From: Plasmodiophora brassicae
Lineage: Eukaryota
Direction: 5' to 3'
DNA: 64,000 nucleotides
NCBI GenBank assembly: GCA_036867785.1
Contig: CP145417.1
Coordinates: 1,302,001 to 1,366,000 of the forward strand
Shown: piece after piece, positions 1 to 11,244 of the stretch
Numbering within the stretch: position 1 is the stretch's first letter
Layout: the number at the start of each line of letters is the position of its first letter
Program-made: the position numbers and the translations under genes
The notes under the pieces: model-generated
The model's database searches: none
The model's input: only the letters and a program-made list of their open reading frames with translations
Told to the model about the DNA's origin: nothing

Positions 1-75
1 CGGAAGAGACAGTTTCCAGGCTTAATACCGTTCCCTTTCAAAAACAACATACTGTCCATTAATATTCCCGTAATT

Positions 76-960
76 CTAGCGTTCCAACTTACCTGTGCAC
101 CAGCGAACCGAATGGAGAAGCTCACCCATTTTGACGACGAATGCGGTTCTGCCGGTGCGAGAATCTGGTCGATATTTGCCAGCAGGAACCGCCCACCCTG
201 TCGACCTGTCGAATGTCTTGCCGAGAGCTTCTTCAATCTGTTTGCATTGCATCAGTATCTCATCGTGTTCGGTCAATGCCACATCCACAAGCAACCTTCT
301 GGTCATGTAGAGAACGCTTATTAGACATCGGACCAGTCCTCGGGCTAATGATTGACCACAGTCGGGGCAGTGTGTTCAAAAGCAAACTGTGCATGGCACA
401 GAGGACAAATTGAGTGGCGTTTCCGAACGGATACACCAACCCAGTGGAGTACATGTCCAGTTCAAGCGCGGTTTGCTGATCTTCGGATACACCTTCTTTG
501 GAGGAACTGTCCCTCGCTTCCGGATTCGGACACCTTGCATCGCATGGACACGGCAATCGTTCCAGCGACCTTCCTGGCTTCGCCACGTCTTCTCGGTTTG
601 AGTATCGACGACGGCGCCGTGGCGGCAAAAACAGCGTCGATCGATCGATGGAGAGCCTTGTCCACTTTGCAGCTGTCCAGTCGGTCTAACGAAGCGTCTG
701 GGTTTAATTTTGGGCCAGTGTTTGTTTGTGCAAGGAGATCACAATGCGTTGTGTGTCAAGTGCACCTGATGAGCTGCCAGCGAAGAACCTGAAACCTGGA
801 TGCCCATTGTTGAGCCCGATCCGTTTCGGTCTCCGGAACGCCCGAGCCGAATACCCTTCCAACAAAAATGTGGGCCTAAACGTCCACTGAGCCTATTCGC
901 GCACCAGTCACGAGAGCAGCCATGGTCGGCCATTGGGGCATTGGGCAAACGCTAGGTAGC
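76..960 (-). other. Possible intron-containing hypothetical gene fragment running off the left edge
   Basis: Protein-like stretches in ORFs 462-665 and 76-306 (RLLVDVALTEHDEILMQCKQIEEALGK) with GT/AG sites between; no recognisable domain. Confidence 0.25.
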
Positions 961-1030
961 AGCTCTGTCAGTTGCTCAATTGCTGCTGTAGGGTATGCCA
1001 GGCACCCGATCGCGCGGGAGTCACATCGTT

Positions 1031-1790
1031 ATGTCAGACGACGAACCCCCTTCCTCCTCAAGCGAGCGAACGGTCTCACCAGTGTCTACGACCAGGAGGC
1101 GTCGAGTTGACGGCGAAGAAGGGCGCCGCCGCATCGACATCAAAGAAGCGCGTCGTCTCAAAGAAGACCGGTGCCGTGGCGTTGAAGACGGAGAAGGGCG
1201 CCGCCGCATCGGCAGCAACGAAGCGCACTGCATCGAGCAAGGAGGGCGTCGCTTCGGTCCCGAAGGAACCAAGCGGCCAAATCGACTCGATTGTCGAAAG
1301 TGACTCCGATGACGAGCAACGTGAGCAAGAAACCGATGTTTTACGGTGGCCTGGTGCTTGATGTCCTGTTTTGATGCTTTTTAACAAGGAGTGGCATAGG
1401 TTACTCTCGACAGGGCATCCTAATCATCTAGGAGTTCGCAAGGACAATACGTCTTATACCCAGTACCAACGCGCGTGTCCAACGCCTGAACTCCCACCTG
1501 CCCTACAGGCGTACCTGCCCACGACCTGGCACCGGGCACGTGAAAATCAACAAAGAAAGATTTCGTGGAGAAGACGAAAGAGCTGTTTCATGGGTACGTT
1601 GCAGCGTCTTCACGCCAATGTCACTCTGATGTCAGACATGTTGTGTATCTGATGCAGGCCATATAGTACGAATCAGGCTCTGCAGGCTGGTTCTGACAAA
1701 TCGAGGAGTGGCGCAATTTAACAAGGCGTCCTGAACTTCTTCCGCAGTCAGGGAATCGCCAACAGTGACGCCGTGAGACGAAGCGGAGTA
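1031..1790 (+). pseudogene. Degenerate Lys/Ala/Ser-rich coding remnant
   Basis: ATG at 1031; K/A-rich frame KKGAAASTSKKR...EKGAAASAATKR with an internal 75-bp-period duplication (1106/1181); frame breaks and stops downstream. Confidence 0.25.
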
Positions 1791-1857
1791 AGTGCATGCA
1801 CTGACGGTCAACGACGTGTGCTTAATGTGGTATTAAACCTGCACTGGCGTCAGATCG

Positions 1858-1970
1858 GATGCATCCGCCTGCATCACCACCTGCATCCGCCTGCATCACC
1901 ACCTGCATCCGCCTGCATCACCACCTGCATCCGCCTGCATCACCAGCTGCATCCGTTGCATGCATCCGTG
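1858..1970. repeat. 22-bp minisatellite (GCATCCGCCTGCATCACCACCT) x4 plus partial
   Basis: Units start at 1861, 1883, 1905, 1927; partial at 1949. Confidence 0.92.
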
Positions 1971-2105
1971 CATTAATGTGGACGTGGGCTAGCTGTAATT
2001 TATGGATCAAAATCAGATTGCGAGTGCTAGGTGCCAGCGGTGTTTCGAAACGTCGTCATAGCGCGTTCCAACATCTCCTCTCCTTCCAGGCCTGGATGGC
2101 CGTCT

Positions 2106-2421
2106 GGGATTTCTTTCATCCGGGCCCAAAGACGCTCCAAGAACCGGAATTTGGGCCCGTCCCCCGTGATCATCCCGGTTGGCGCTTTTGTAAAAGCGAT
2201 GCTTTGTCCCTGGTTCCTTGCCACTGAGGCCAGCGGCAGCCTTGGCGTTGGCCTGCAATGATTAAAAACTTTCTCGCCAACGCCAAGGCTGCCGCTGGCC
2301 TCAGTGGCAAGGAACCAGGGACAAAGCATCGATTTAAAAAGGCGCCAACCGGCATGATCACGGGGGACGGGCCCAAATTCCGGTTCTTGGAGCGCTTATG
2401 GGCCCGAATGAAAGAAATTCC
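2106..2421. repeat. Long inverted repeat (fold-back), ~146-bp arms, 23-nt loop
   Basis: 2106-2252 is the near-perfect reverse complement of 2276-2421; the same peptides appear in + and - ORFs. Confidence 0.95.
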
Positions 2422-2490
2422 ACCGTCTGCATCGCCACCTGCATCCGTCTGCATCACCACCTGCATCATCCGTTTGAATGCATCCGTGCA
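2422..2490. repeat. Degenerate second patch of the 22-bp TGCATC minisatellite
   Basis: gtctgcatcgccacctgcatccgtctgcatcaccacctgcatc...tgcatccgtgca, with the same ending as 1960-1972. Confidence 0.8.
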
Positions 2491-2688
2491 ACGTGCCCTC
2501 GACCGGCAGCCGCCCGCGTTACGTACGCGCTATAGCAAACGAAGGCACCGAGTCGGTACCGCTGCGTGGTACGTATGATTGGTGGGCGTCAGCGGGCGGT
2601 AGACCGCCAGGTGTGGATAGTAGCAATTGGGCACAATGGGGACGCGACGGCAATGTGCGTTCCCGAGCGCTGAGCATTATTGAAATGG

Positions 2689-2940
2689 GGTGTAGAACTC
2701 AAAGGCGGTGTCCGCCTTCTTGATGTTGTTCTGGTACGCCTTCTCAAATCGGCGGGCAGGATCAGGTACCGGTTGTTGCGGACGGCGTGCAGGCCGGCGC
2801 CCACCTGGGCGTTCGACGCGATGCCGGCGGCGGTGATCTCCGGGCGCTGCACGTTAGTCCTCCAGGTCGGTCTCCTCGGACAAGTACTAGTCCTCACGGT
2901 TGTCACCTGGAAGGTGAGGCGTTTCTGCCGGCGGTGGGGG
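2689..2940 (-). pseudogene. RPT3: Frameshifted C-terminal fragment of 26S proteasome AAA-ATPase RPT3/PSMC4
   Basis: Joining frames gives RRQKRLTFQVTT..LSEETDLED*..QRPEITAAGIASNAQ..AGLHAVRNNRYLILPAD.EKAYQNNIKKADTAFEFYT, matching the RPT3 C-terminus (RRQKRL.F...LS.EVDLEDYV.RP.KIS...AG.HAVR.NRY.IL..DFEK.Y...KK....EFY). Confidence 0.85.
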
Positions 2941-3035
2941 CGTTGGTGCGCATCGCCGGATGACGATGCCGAGGGCATGAGCCATTTGGTCGAACGACCG
3001 CCTGTTTCGACGTCCTGGTCACTGCGTCTGCAGCC

Positions 3036-3130
3036 CCCGACTGCGGAGCTGCCGCGAAGGGCCTGCAGTTCCGACTGCGGACAGCCGCGAAGGAGCTGCC
3101 TGCCCGCTGCTGTTCCGACTGCGATCCTGC
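3036..3130. repeat. Short CCGACTGCG / GCCGCGAAGG repeat cluster (related clusters near 10820-10910 and 11145-11185)
   Basis: ccgactgcgg...gccgcgaagg motifs recur 2-3 times per cluster. Confidence 0.6.
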
Positions 3131-3630
3131 GGCTGCGCCTGCCGCGCTCACGGTCGCCCGTGACGGGAACTGGCAATCATTCTCGCGCGTGTCACGCGAG
3201 ATGCTCCCCCCTTGTGTCACCTGCTGGATGTATAGGCGCGCTCCACCGGCCCGACAGGACCGTCCAGGGGGCCCACCGTTGGCGTGGTGGGCAACACCGG
3301 CGCGAGCGCCCCGCACCAATGTGCACCACTGGCCACACGACAGGCAGCTGCGGCGCTGACCAGCATCGAGTACTGTTAAAGGCAAGCGAACGTGGGCGAC
3401 AACGACGTCAGCGTGCTCTCTATCGTAGGGAAGCGCAATTGGACGCAACGACAACACGACGGCCATATTTCGGCTGGGATCGGCGAGCCGTGCGTTCGGG
3501 CAGGCAGATGCGGGGTTCGATGTTGAACACTCCTGTGAGGGGGATATTGGCGATGTGTATTGGAACCATGTCATGGCAGAGCGCCGTCCCGGATCGTTGT
3601 GAGACGCAATGAAGGAGGTAATCGGCCACA

Positions 3631-4074
3631 TCAGTCAATCTCCGTTCCATGCGCCAGGAATCGCGCAGTGTGGCCAGTCATCAGGCCAGTCGCTCCGGAC
3701 AGAAGGGCAAGTAACGGCGATCCCGTCCTTCGCAAAACCTCATGGTACATAGCGTATGCAGCGGTATGCGTCACCGCCGAAGATGCCACGGTTGACCGCG
3801 AGGTTCTCAACGACGACGCGATTGAGGACGAGGTCCAAAGGTCGAGGCCGTATTTCGTTTGATAACCAACAGTTTTCAGTAGCAGGAACATTAGAATAGC
3901 TCGAGAGACCTGATCTGCGCCAGCGCCCGACAGCGCCACACCAGCCAGCATGCCCTTGGACAGGCGGCCGGCCACAGGTGAGATATCGGGCTGCGGCCGT
4001 GGGGCCGTTGTTCCGAAGACGCCACCCAGCACAGCGATGACCAGGACAACGCGCGCAATCATGGGCAATGACAT
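3631..4074 (-). CDS. Small putative secreted/membrane protein, paralogue 1 (147 aa)
   Basis: Signal-peptide-like N-terminus MSLPMIARVVLVIAVLGGVFG; clear paralogue at 10126-10647 with conserved reading frame. Confidence 0.6.
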   Translation of the reverse strand: MSLPMIARVVLVIAVLGGVFGTTAPRPQPDISPVAGRLSKGMLAGVALSGAGADQVSRAILMFLLLKTVGYQTKYGLDLWTSSSIASSLRTSRSTVASSAVTHTAAYAMYHEVLRRTGSPLLALLSGATGLMTGHTARFLAHGTEID

Positions 4075-4912
4075 GTGAGGACGGATCGCTCAGGTATCTG
4101 AATCGCGGCTGAGCGCCCGCGTTCGTGCTTCCAAGCTTGCCGCTGGACGTCCTGGCAGGATATAATTAGACCGAAGCGCCTGGTCGTCCGGTCACGAAAA
4201 CGCCGTGAGATATATCGGGACCAGGGGTGATAGGTTCCAGTGGCTTCGTGAAGTGCGTCAATGCGTTCGCAAATGTGCACAAGGCGCTGCATGCAGTTAC
4301 AGGTACTGAAAAGGTCAACGAAACGTCGTTTCTTGTCCATGTCAATGACGCGTCAATGTCAACGAAACGTTGTTGTCTTCAGAGCGTCATGATTGCGCTA
4401 ATATTGACCATCAGCAGGTGCGCGCGGCGGACTTGGGATCGTATCGTGGAAATGGAGATGATCGATGACGTCTTCGATGTCCACGGCGACGCCTATCTCG
4501 ACGACATCCAGGACCTTGGGTCAAGCAGTGGGAACCGCACTCCGTCCGTCGAGTCCTTGTCTGGCGTCGTCGACGACGTTTCGTTGCGTTCTCGGAGCTC
4601 ATCGGATAGTCTCGACGGCGATGACATCGGGCGTCCAAGCATGGACATCCACTGGACTGTTCCCGGCTCGCCGCGCATCGATTTCGACTTCACAGTTGGA
4701 TTGCCCGACGACTTCCAGAACTTGGGCGTGCACGATCGTCCGCCCGATTTCGATGTTCGGTTTCGGAATATCGATCGCACTTGCCGACTTTTTGAAGCAG
4801 CAACTGCCCTATCTGTTATCCCCTCTTAATACTGAAGCGTCAGATATTCCAGCGTTCGATTTATTCGACGAGTTCGCTCGTGGACGGCATACGATTTCGT
4901 CATTGTCGCGAT

Positions 4913-5036
4913 TCTTGAAACGCCAGACGTTCCACGTTAATGTTGCCAAAAGCGAACTTCTGCTTCGTGAGATTACTAATGACACAGAGAAGTTCGCTTT
5001 TGGCAACATTAACGTGGAACGTCTGGCGTTTCAAGA
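4913..5036. repeat. Perfect 49-bp inverted repeat, 26-nt loop
   Basis: 4913-4961 is the exact reverse complement of 4988-5036. Confidence 0.97.
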
Positions 5037-5039
5037 GTT

Positions 5040-6090
5040 CCGACACTACGCCAACTCCAAAGGCGTCGACGTCCCTCAATCCCATCGTCGTATGGGTGTC
5101 TGGCAACGTCGTCAAGCCCGAAAGCCCGTGTCGCCAATCGCACTGGAAGGTTCATAATGCCATGTTGTGGACCGGCGACTTCGCGGTCGCGTTTTGGTTT
5201 GCAATCACGTTCCGGTCGATCCGTGGCAGCCTCCGGTCTCCCCGTGCCAAGTTCTGGATGGCAGTGTTTCGTTATTTCGCCGCATCCTCGAAACTATTCG
5301 CCAAATCTTCCAGCCGCGAAACCTTTGGTCATGTGGCGCATCAGTACTTAGACGTTCTGTGTGAACTCGAGCACGTTATCCCGTGCAGACTTTCTACCAT
5401 CTCCGTACGTCATTGTTGTCGCGCCGAGATACTCAACTTGAACATTGACTTTACATTCAGTTTCATTCGCTGGTTCATATCCCGGAACTGGTTCGCCGCT
5501 GGGGCCCCATTAGATTCCATGTCTGGGCATTTGCACTGGAAAGGTGGATCCGGGACATGAAGGCGCATCTTCACCCACGAGAGAACAGACGTCGAACATC
5601 GCCAGCAACCTGCAAGTCTCGTCAGCAGCAACGTTCGCCAGAGCGGATTCCAACGACCAATACGCAGGCGATACTGGCGTACCACTTTTATCGTCAAAGA
5701 GAGAATCTCTCGAGTTCGGCGGTGAAATCATCTTCTGTTCCTTGTCGGGACCTTCTTCGTCTTTGGAGCTTGACCACCTTGAACGTTGTTGGTTACGTCA
5801 CCACCTTTACAATTCGGATGGCCGGTCGTGGGCGGGCATTGTCATTCTTGGAGGGGCGAGTACATGAAACGGGTTCAGCGTTTCGAGGCAGTGTTCCGCT
5901 GTAAGGTTGAAACATTCGCTTCCATGTTCCCCGAAGCTGGATTTATTAGGCAGTTACTGTCGCCGCCCCGAGGTCGTACAAGTTTCGTGCATCTGCCGGT
6001 AACGATGAAGTGTCAACCACGTTTCTTGATCGGTACAATACTCCGTTGGATGGTTTCTTTCTATTCTGGTCGGCTTATCGCATGCTAGTA
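5040..6090. other. Degenerate repeated element of unknown origin, reverse-orientation homologue of the tandem-array spacer
   Basis: Shared blocks with 33460-34160 on the opposite strand, e.g. TTTCATTCGCTGGTTCATATCC and GTATGGGTGTCYGGCAACGT; no intact ORF. Confidence 0.7.
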
Positions 6091-6385
6091 GGCAATTGTC
6101 TGTTCCGAGACGAAAGGTGTGACCACTACCGATCAACAAACGTGGTTGGCACTTCATCGTCACCGGGAGATACACGAAACCAAACTGATCTTGTACGACC
6201 TCGGGGCACCGACAGTAACTGTCGAATAGATCCAGCTTAGGGAACATTGCAGCGGCGGAACACTGCCTCGATCGAAACGCTGAACCAGTTTCATGTACTC
6301 GCCCCTCCAGGAATGATTGACAATGCACGACCACGACCGGCCATCCAAATTGTAGAGGTGGTGATGTAACCAACAACGTTCAAGG
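5777..6385. repeat. Diverged inverted duplication, ~259-bp arms, 91-nt spacer
   Basis: 5777-6035 vs reverse complement of 6127-6385; both strands translate LVTSPPLQFGWPVV...LPVTMKCQPR. Confidence 0.9.
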
Positions 6386-6841
6386 CGGCTGGCACGCGCG
6401 CGTACCAGCATTCGCAAGCGGCAGGAACCGAAACAAACATGTCACAACTGCTCTGTTTCGAGAGATTTTTCCACAACTCTGTAGAATGACTGGGAACCCC
6501 TCGAATGAGCATTTCGGATCTCGAACGGACACGACACTTGTATAAACAGGGCAACCAGTTCTCTCGTCCGGAGAATCTCTCGCCAAGCTGAGAGCGTTCT
6601 CCTTCAATCCGTTCGCCATGGACCCTCTTTTACGTGTTTGACACAGGTGTCCAAACGGGTGCTCAGCAACGGTCTGACTGAAGCGCCGCGCAGCTGATTC
6701 CAACAGAATATGCTTGCTTGAGGTTTAATGTACCTTTTAGTCTGTGCTCGTACCGCGGATCAAGGTTGGAACTTTCGTACGTGGATCCTAAGCTCATGCC
6801 CGGAATAGTTGCGGTCGCAATAGGTACGGTGCGGGACGACG

Positions 6842-7639
6842 ATGGGCGACGACGGTGCGTCGGACACGGTGCCGATTGCCGAATGGCAGATGGAGGCGCT
6901 GGGTGCGACGCCGTCGCCCTACCTGAAGGCGTACCGTGCGCGGTTCCTCGACCGTCGCGACCAGCAACGCAAAACCTGGGACCTGCTCCTCGCCCACGAT
7001 TCCGTCTCCATCATCGTGTCGAAGCGCTTGACGCGATCGAACGTCGGACAGCACAATCGGCTAACGGATTCCCGCAGGTATCATCGTGACCAGGACGCGC
7101 TGCTGCTGGTCAAGCAGTTCCGCCCGGCGGTGTACGCCAGTGGGTTGGCGCGGGCGAACGGCGCAGCGACCGCGTCGACGCTGCTGGAGTCGTTCACGTA
7201 CGAGCTGTGCGCCGGCCTCCTCGACAAACCGCACCTGAACGTTGCCGAGACGGCGCGCGAGGAGATCATCGAGGAGCTCGGGTTCGACGTCCGCGTCGAC
7301 GACATCGAACTCGTGACGACGTACCACAACTCGGTGGGCCTGCTCGGGACGGTCAGCACGCTGATGTACGCCGAGGTCAGGTCGACCCGTCTGCGTTCCC
7401 GCATCCGCTGCTGAAGAACGGGCGTGCCGCGTCTGAAGGTCACCGAGGCGATGCGCGTGGGACCCGGCGGCGGTATCGGCACGGAACAGATCGAGGTCGT
7501 ACCCATCCCCGTCGCCGACGCCCGCACCTGGATGCTGGACACGACCAGGTCCCGGTCGGCCGGCCTCCTGTTCTCGTTCCTCTGGTTCCTCAATGTCAAA
7601 CACCCGGCGATGCGCGGCCCTGGCGCCCACCGGACCTGA
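6842..7639 (+). CDS. NUDT14: Nudix hydrolase, NUDT14-like (UDP/ADP-sugar diphosphatase), 3 exons
   Basis: HDSVSIIVYHR...LLVKQFRPAVY, Nudix box ELCAGLLDK...AREEIIEELGF, C-terminal YAEVTEAMRVGPGGG..EQIEVV; introns 7018-7077 and 7376-7438. Confidence 0.9.
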
Positions 7640-8149
7640 ATACAGTACTGGCGCCACACTGTGCACCGTCGCGCACCTCGCCAGTGCAGCCCCGCGATTG
7701 CGCGACAGGAACAGGTGCGGCAGTCCCCACCGGGAAGCACCTACCAGTCGCGGTGGGTACGCAGCGCGCCACTGGGGGCTCCGGTGATCTCAGGCCCGAC
7801 CGAAAACGGCGCAGTCGACCGGTTGGGCCCCGGATTCATATTTCTGGACGCGATCTCTGCTTGCACCGGTTGGGCTCCCGGTTGGTGCGAATCTGCGCTC
7901 AAATGACATTCTATAGCGCGCACATGGCTGTCGTTACTACTATCGTCTGCTCGGCAATGCACTACGATTCGGTGCGGAGCGCGACCAGGGCACACGGAGT
8001 TGCAGGTGAAAGGACCGAAGGCCGGCCATTGGTTTACAGTTGGAAACGTGATGTGCGGGCGTCACTTCCACTTGAAATTGGGATCGTCGACGCGCGCCCA
8101 GACGTCCTGAAGCACATGGTGAGTCATCGGTACGCTCGTGGAACAATGC

Positions 8150-9775
8150 TCATACCGCATCAGAAGGCAGTGGAGTGCCGGTCTTGAAGTCAGGATCACG
8201 CGTACCGGTGCGATTCAGCAGCCACCTGTATTTGAACTTGAACTTTTTCGTGCGATACTGCACAAGGCCACACGGTTAGGCACAGCTGGGTATGCGCAGC
8301 AGATCATGCGGCACTAACCCAGAGGATTGCCAAGGAGATCAGCAGAGCGATGAGCAGCGCTCCGCAAACACCGAGCAGGACATACACGACTGTTCGGTCA
8401 AACTTTACTGGCAAAGCCGCGCGATTTGCCAAAGAATCAACGGAACGAATGGTGGTCGGCGGCGCCTTCGAACCTGTCGCCGACTGGATCACCTTCAAAG
8501 CCAATCCACCAGCGATGACGTTCGCCGCCGTCGACACGATTCCTATAGCGAATTACGTCACCATCATCAGTACGGGCTTGCTAATGAATTACGGGTTGCT
8601 GGACAGCAGACCTGGACGTCGCTGCGTAACCGAGAGAGGAACTACGGCAGGTTTGCCTGGCATGTTCTTGATCAGATAACTGGCCCCGAGTCCAAGTACG
8701 GCAGTTGCAGTAGAAGCTCTTGCAGCAGGACTCTTCAGCCAACCGGCCTAGGCGGAACAGAAATCACAAGGTAAGCACAGGCAGTTTCCAGCAGTCACGA
8801 CGGATTTGGACCTGGAGTTCACGTCTTGTTGCATTCAGCGCGGACCTGGTCTCGCACAGCTCTTGATAGCACCGTTTCAGATTTGCTGATGTCGTGTTCG
8901 CTAGCAGCGTTAAGTTCGCCAGTTCCAAATCGGCCGCTGCCGCGTAACGCTTGTGTTGCAGGCAAGCCGCTCGAGCATCTTGGAGCTCGCAGGATAGTGA
9001 TTGTATGGTAATGTCGTATTGCCTCTTCGTCTTCAGGCATATGTCGTTTTCTTCATCACGCTGCTGTTGCAGCCGGAGTATATCATCACGATACTTCTTC
9101 ATCGTCTTCTGATTTTCATCCCGAGTGGCCTCTAGACCTTTCATAACGGCACCGTTCTGTGCCAGCTGTTGACGCAGTCCTGCCTCAGCCGTCTGCAGTT
9201 TTTGCACGCGCGACTGCTCAAACTCAATAGTCCGTTGATGTTGTTGAGCGATGGAATGCCACGAATTCGCGTTCGTTCGAAGTTCGTCCATATCGGTGTT
9301 TGCCCGCGCCAGCCGGTCTGTGGCGTCCTCGAAGCGCTCTTTTATCTTGTTCACCTATGCCACGCTTCGTCAGCGGAATACGCCAGCATTGCGAAATTTG
9401 CCCTTCATACCACAAGCTTGGCAGACTCTCTAGACTCAGCCGCATTGTTTAACCTGTCCAACTCAATACGCATTGCCTGTGGACATGATCGTTAATTGTC
9501 CATTCCGGAAACATGGGTACAATACGGGTATTGGCGGCTACAATTACCTGATTCAGCTTAGTAGTGACCGTCGATATCACAAAATTGATATCGTATGAAG
9601 AAGCCTTTCCCAGAAGAAACCGATTCACTGCTATCACGCAGGGACTAAAGCCGTACCCGCATTCGGACAGCTCGATCTGTGGCGTGAAGCCGAAAGACCT
9701 ACTGAGCATCATTGATTTCACGGTAGCACTGAGACTCGCTGCCGCCATAATCGCAAGAACCGTCAACTTCGGCAT
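8150..9775 (-). CDS. Array family gene A (signal peptide, C-x6-C, long coiled coil, hydrophobic segments, TM)
   Basis: MPKLTVLAIMAAASLSATVKS...ECGYGFSPCVIAV; coiled-coil exon ~8810-9354; STAANVIAGGLALKVIQS; TM VVYVLLGVCGALLIALLISLAILW; last exon YRTKKFKFKY...DAV*. Confidence 0.75.
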
Positions 9776-10125
9776 TGTCTGATCTGACTAGAGACAACGA
9801 GAATGACGCGTCTGCCTCCCATCCGCATGCGGGATTCTGCAGGACTGCCGCAGCAGTTTGGGCCCATGTTTCTAAATCGGGACGGACCTACGCCACTAAT
9901 TCGTCGACAAATTCGGGAAGGTTTGGCAGTATCTGTTAACTGCGGTCCTCTCGAGGCGGGCTGCAGCAACCTGACGTCTACATGAACAAGACGCTCGTAT
10001 TGGCACGTCTGCAACGAACGGCGAGCGGGCCCGTCGTTCTGCCGCCTGACAATGAAACAGGCCTGACACGAAGATATAGCAGATGTGTATTGAAACCCCG
10101 TTAATGACAGAGCGCTCTACCCGGA

Positions 10126-10647
10126 TCATTGTGCGACGGAGTGCAGGAGATGATCGACCGGCGACACAGCTGGCCGTACGGCCGCAGAGCAAACGGACGG
10201 CGGCCGCCACGCGGTGAATCTGTCATGCGCCAGGAATCGCGCAGTGTGCCCTGCGATCAGGGCAGTCGCTCCGGACAGAATCGACAGCAACTGCGATCCC
10301 GTCTTACGCAGCGTCTCATGGTATATGACGTACGCAGCGGTGTGTGTCGCCGCCGACGATGCTTCGGTTGACCGCGAGGTGGTGATACACGATACCACTA
10401 GGGACGATACCCAACGGTTATCGGCATCCCGTTGGGGATGAAAGATTTTTCGCTGCAGGAACCTCAAGATAGTTCTAGTTTTCAAATCCGCGACAACGCC
10501 TGACAACGCCGCACCAGCCAGCATGGTCTTGGACAGACGGCCGGCCACAGGTGAGACACCGGGTTGCGTCCGGGGCGTCGTCTTTCCCAAGACGCCACCA
10601 ACCACAATGAGAATCAGGACGACGCGGGCAACCATGGGCAATGACAT
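10126..10647 (-). CDS. Small putative secreted/membrane protein, paralogue 2 (173 aa)
   Basis: MSLPMVARVVLILIVVGGVLG...THTAAYVIYHETLRKTGS; collinear with 3631-4074. Confidence 0.6.
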   Translation of the reverse strand: MSLPMVARVVLILIVVGGVLGKTTPRTQPGVSPVAGRLSKTMLAGAALSGVVADLKTRTILRFLQRKIFHPQRDADNRWVSSLVVSCITTSRSTEASSAATHTAAYVIYHETLRKTGSQLLSILSGATALIAGHTARFLAHDRFTAWRPPSVCSAAVRPAVSPVDHLLHSVAQ

Positions 10648-11244
10648 GTGAGGGTGGAACAGTGGGAGATCGGATGGCGGTCGACGACGGCCCGCGTTCG
10701 TGCGTCCAATGCCGGGGCCCTTGACGTCGTGCCCTGATTTAGACTGTCTGGCCACGAAAACTCCCACTCGGACTGCGACCCGGGGAAGAGCGCCTGGAAG
10801 GGACCTGCTCCCTCGCCACGGACTGCGGATTCGAGGTCGCGGCAGGGCCCCGACTGACTGCGAACTGCCGCGAAGGAGCTGCAAGTCCGACTGCGAGCTG
10901 CAGCGAAGGCACCAGCGCCAATTTAATGCCGTATCCGTAGTTACATTAAAGCTGTAATTAGGTAGCCTTCCACAGGAGTGAGACCGGGCTCCGTCTTTGG
11001 TTATGTGATGGCGCAGCCGCCCCCGCACCTGCGTCGGTAGACTCCTGGACATCGTTCGCACCCGTCGCCGGATCGCGATGCCGAGCGCATGATCTTGGAT
11101 GGGGGACCGCGCGCTTGTTTCAGCATTGCGTTGTCTGCCCGACAGAGAGCTGCCGCGAAGGGGCTGGTTCCGACTGCGATCCGCAGATGCGCAGACCGCA
11201 CCCGGAAACGTTGCCAACGAAACACGTACGGGACCATCGTCGTC

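Noticed and set aside
1858-1970. CRISPR-like or telomeric array
   Set aside because: Contiguous 22-bp units without unique spacers, eukaryotic context, not a telomere-type repeat
4490-4960. AYLDDI and HVNVAKSELL resembling reverse-transcriptase motifs
   Set aside because: Different frames, spacing far too long, no other RT motifs, and the second lies in the hairpin arm
6620-6700. TVAEHPFGHL resembling the VE..FG.LK motif of DDE transposases
   Set aside because: Single short motif with no catalytic Asp context or terminal repeats
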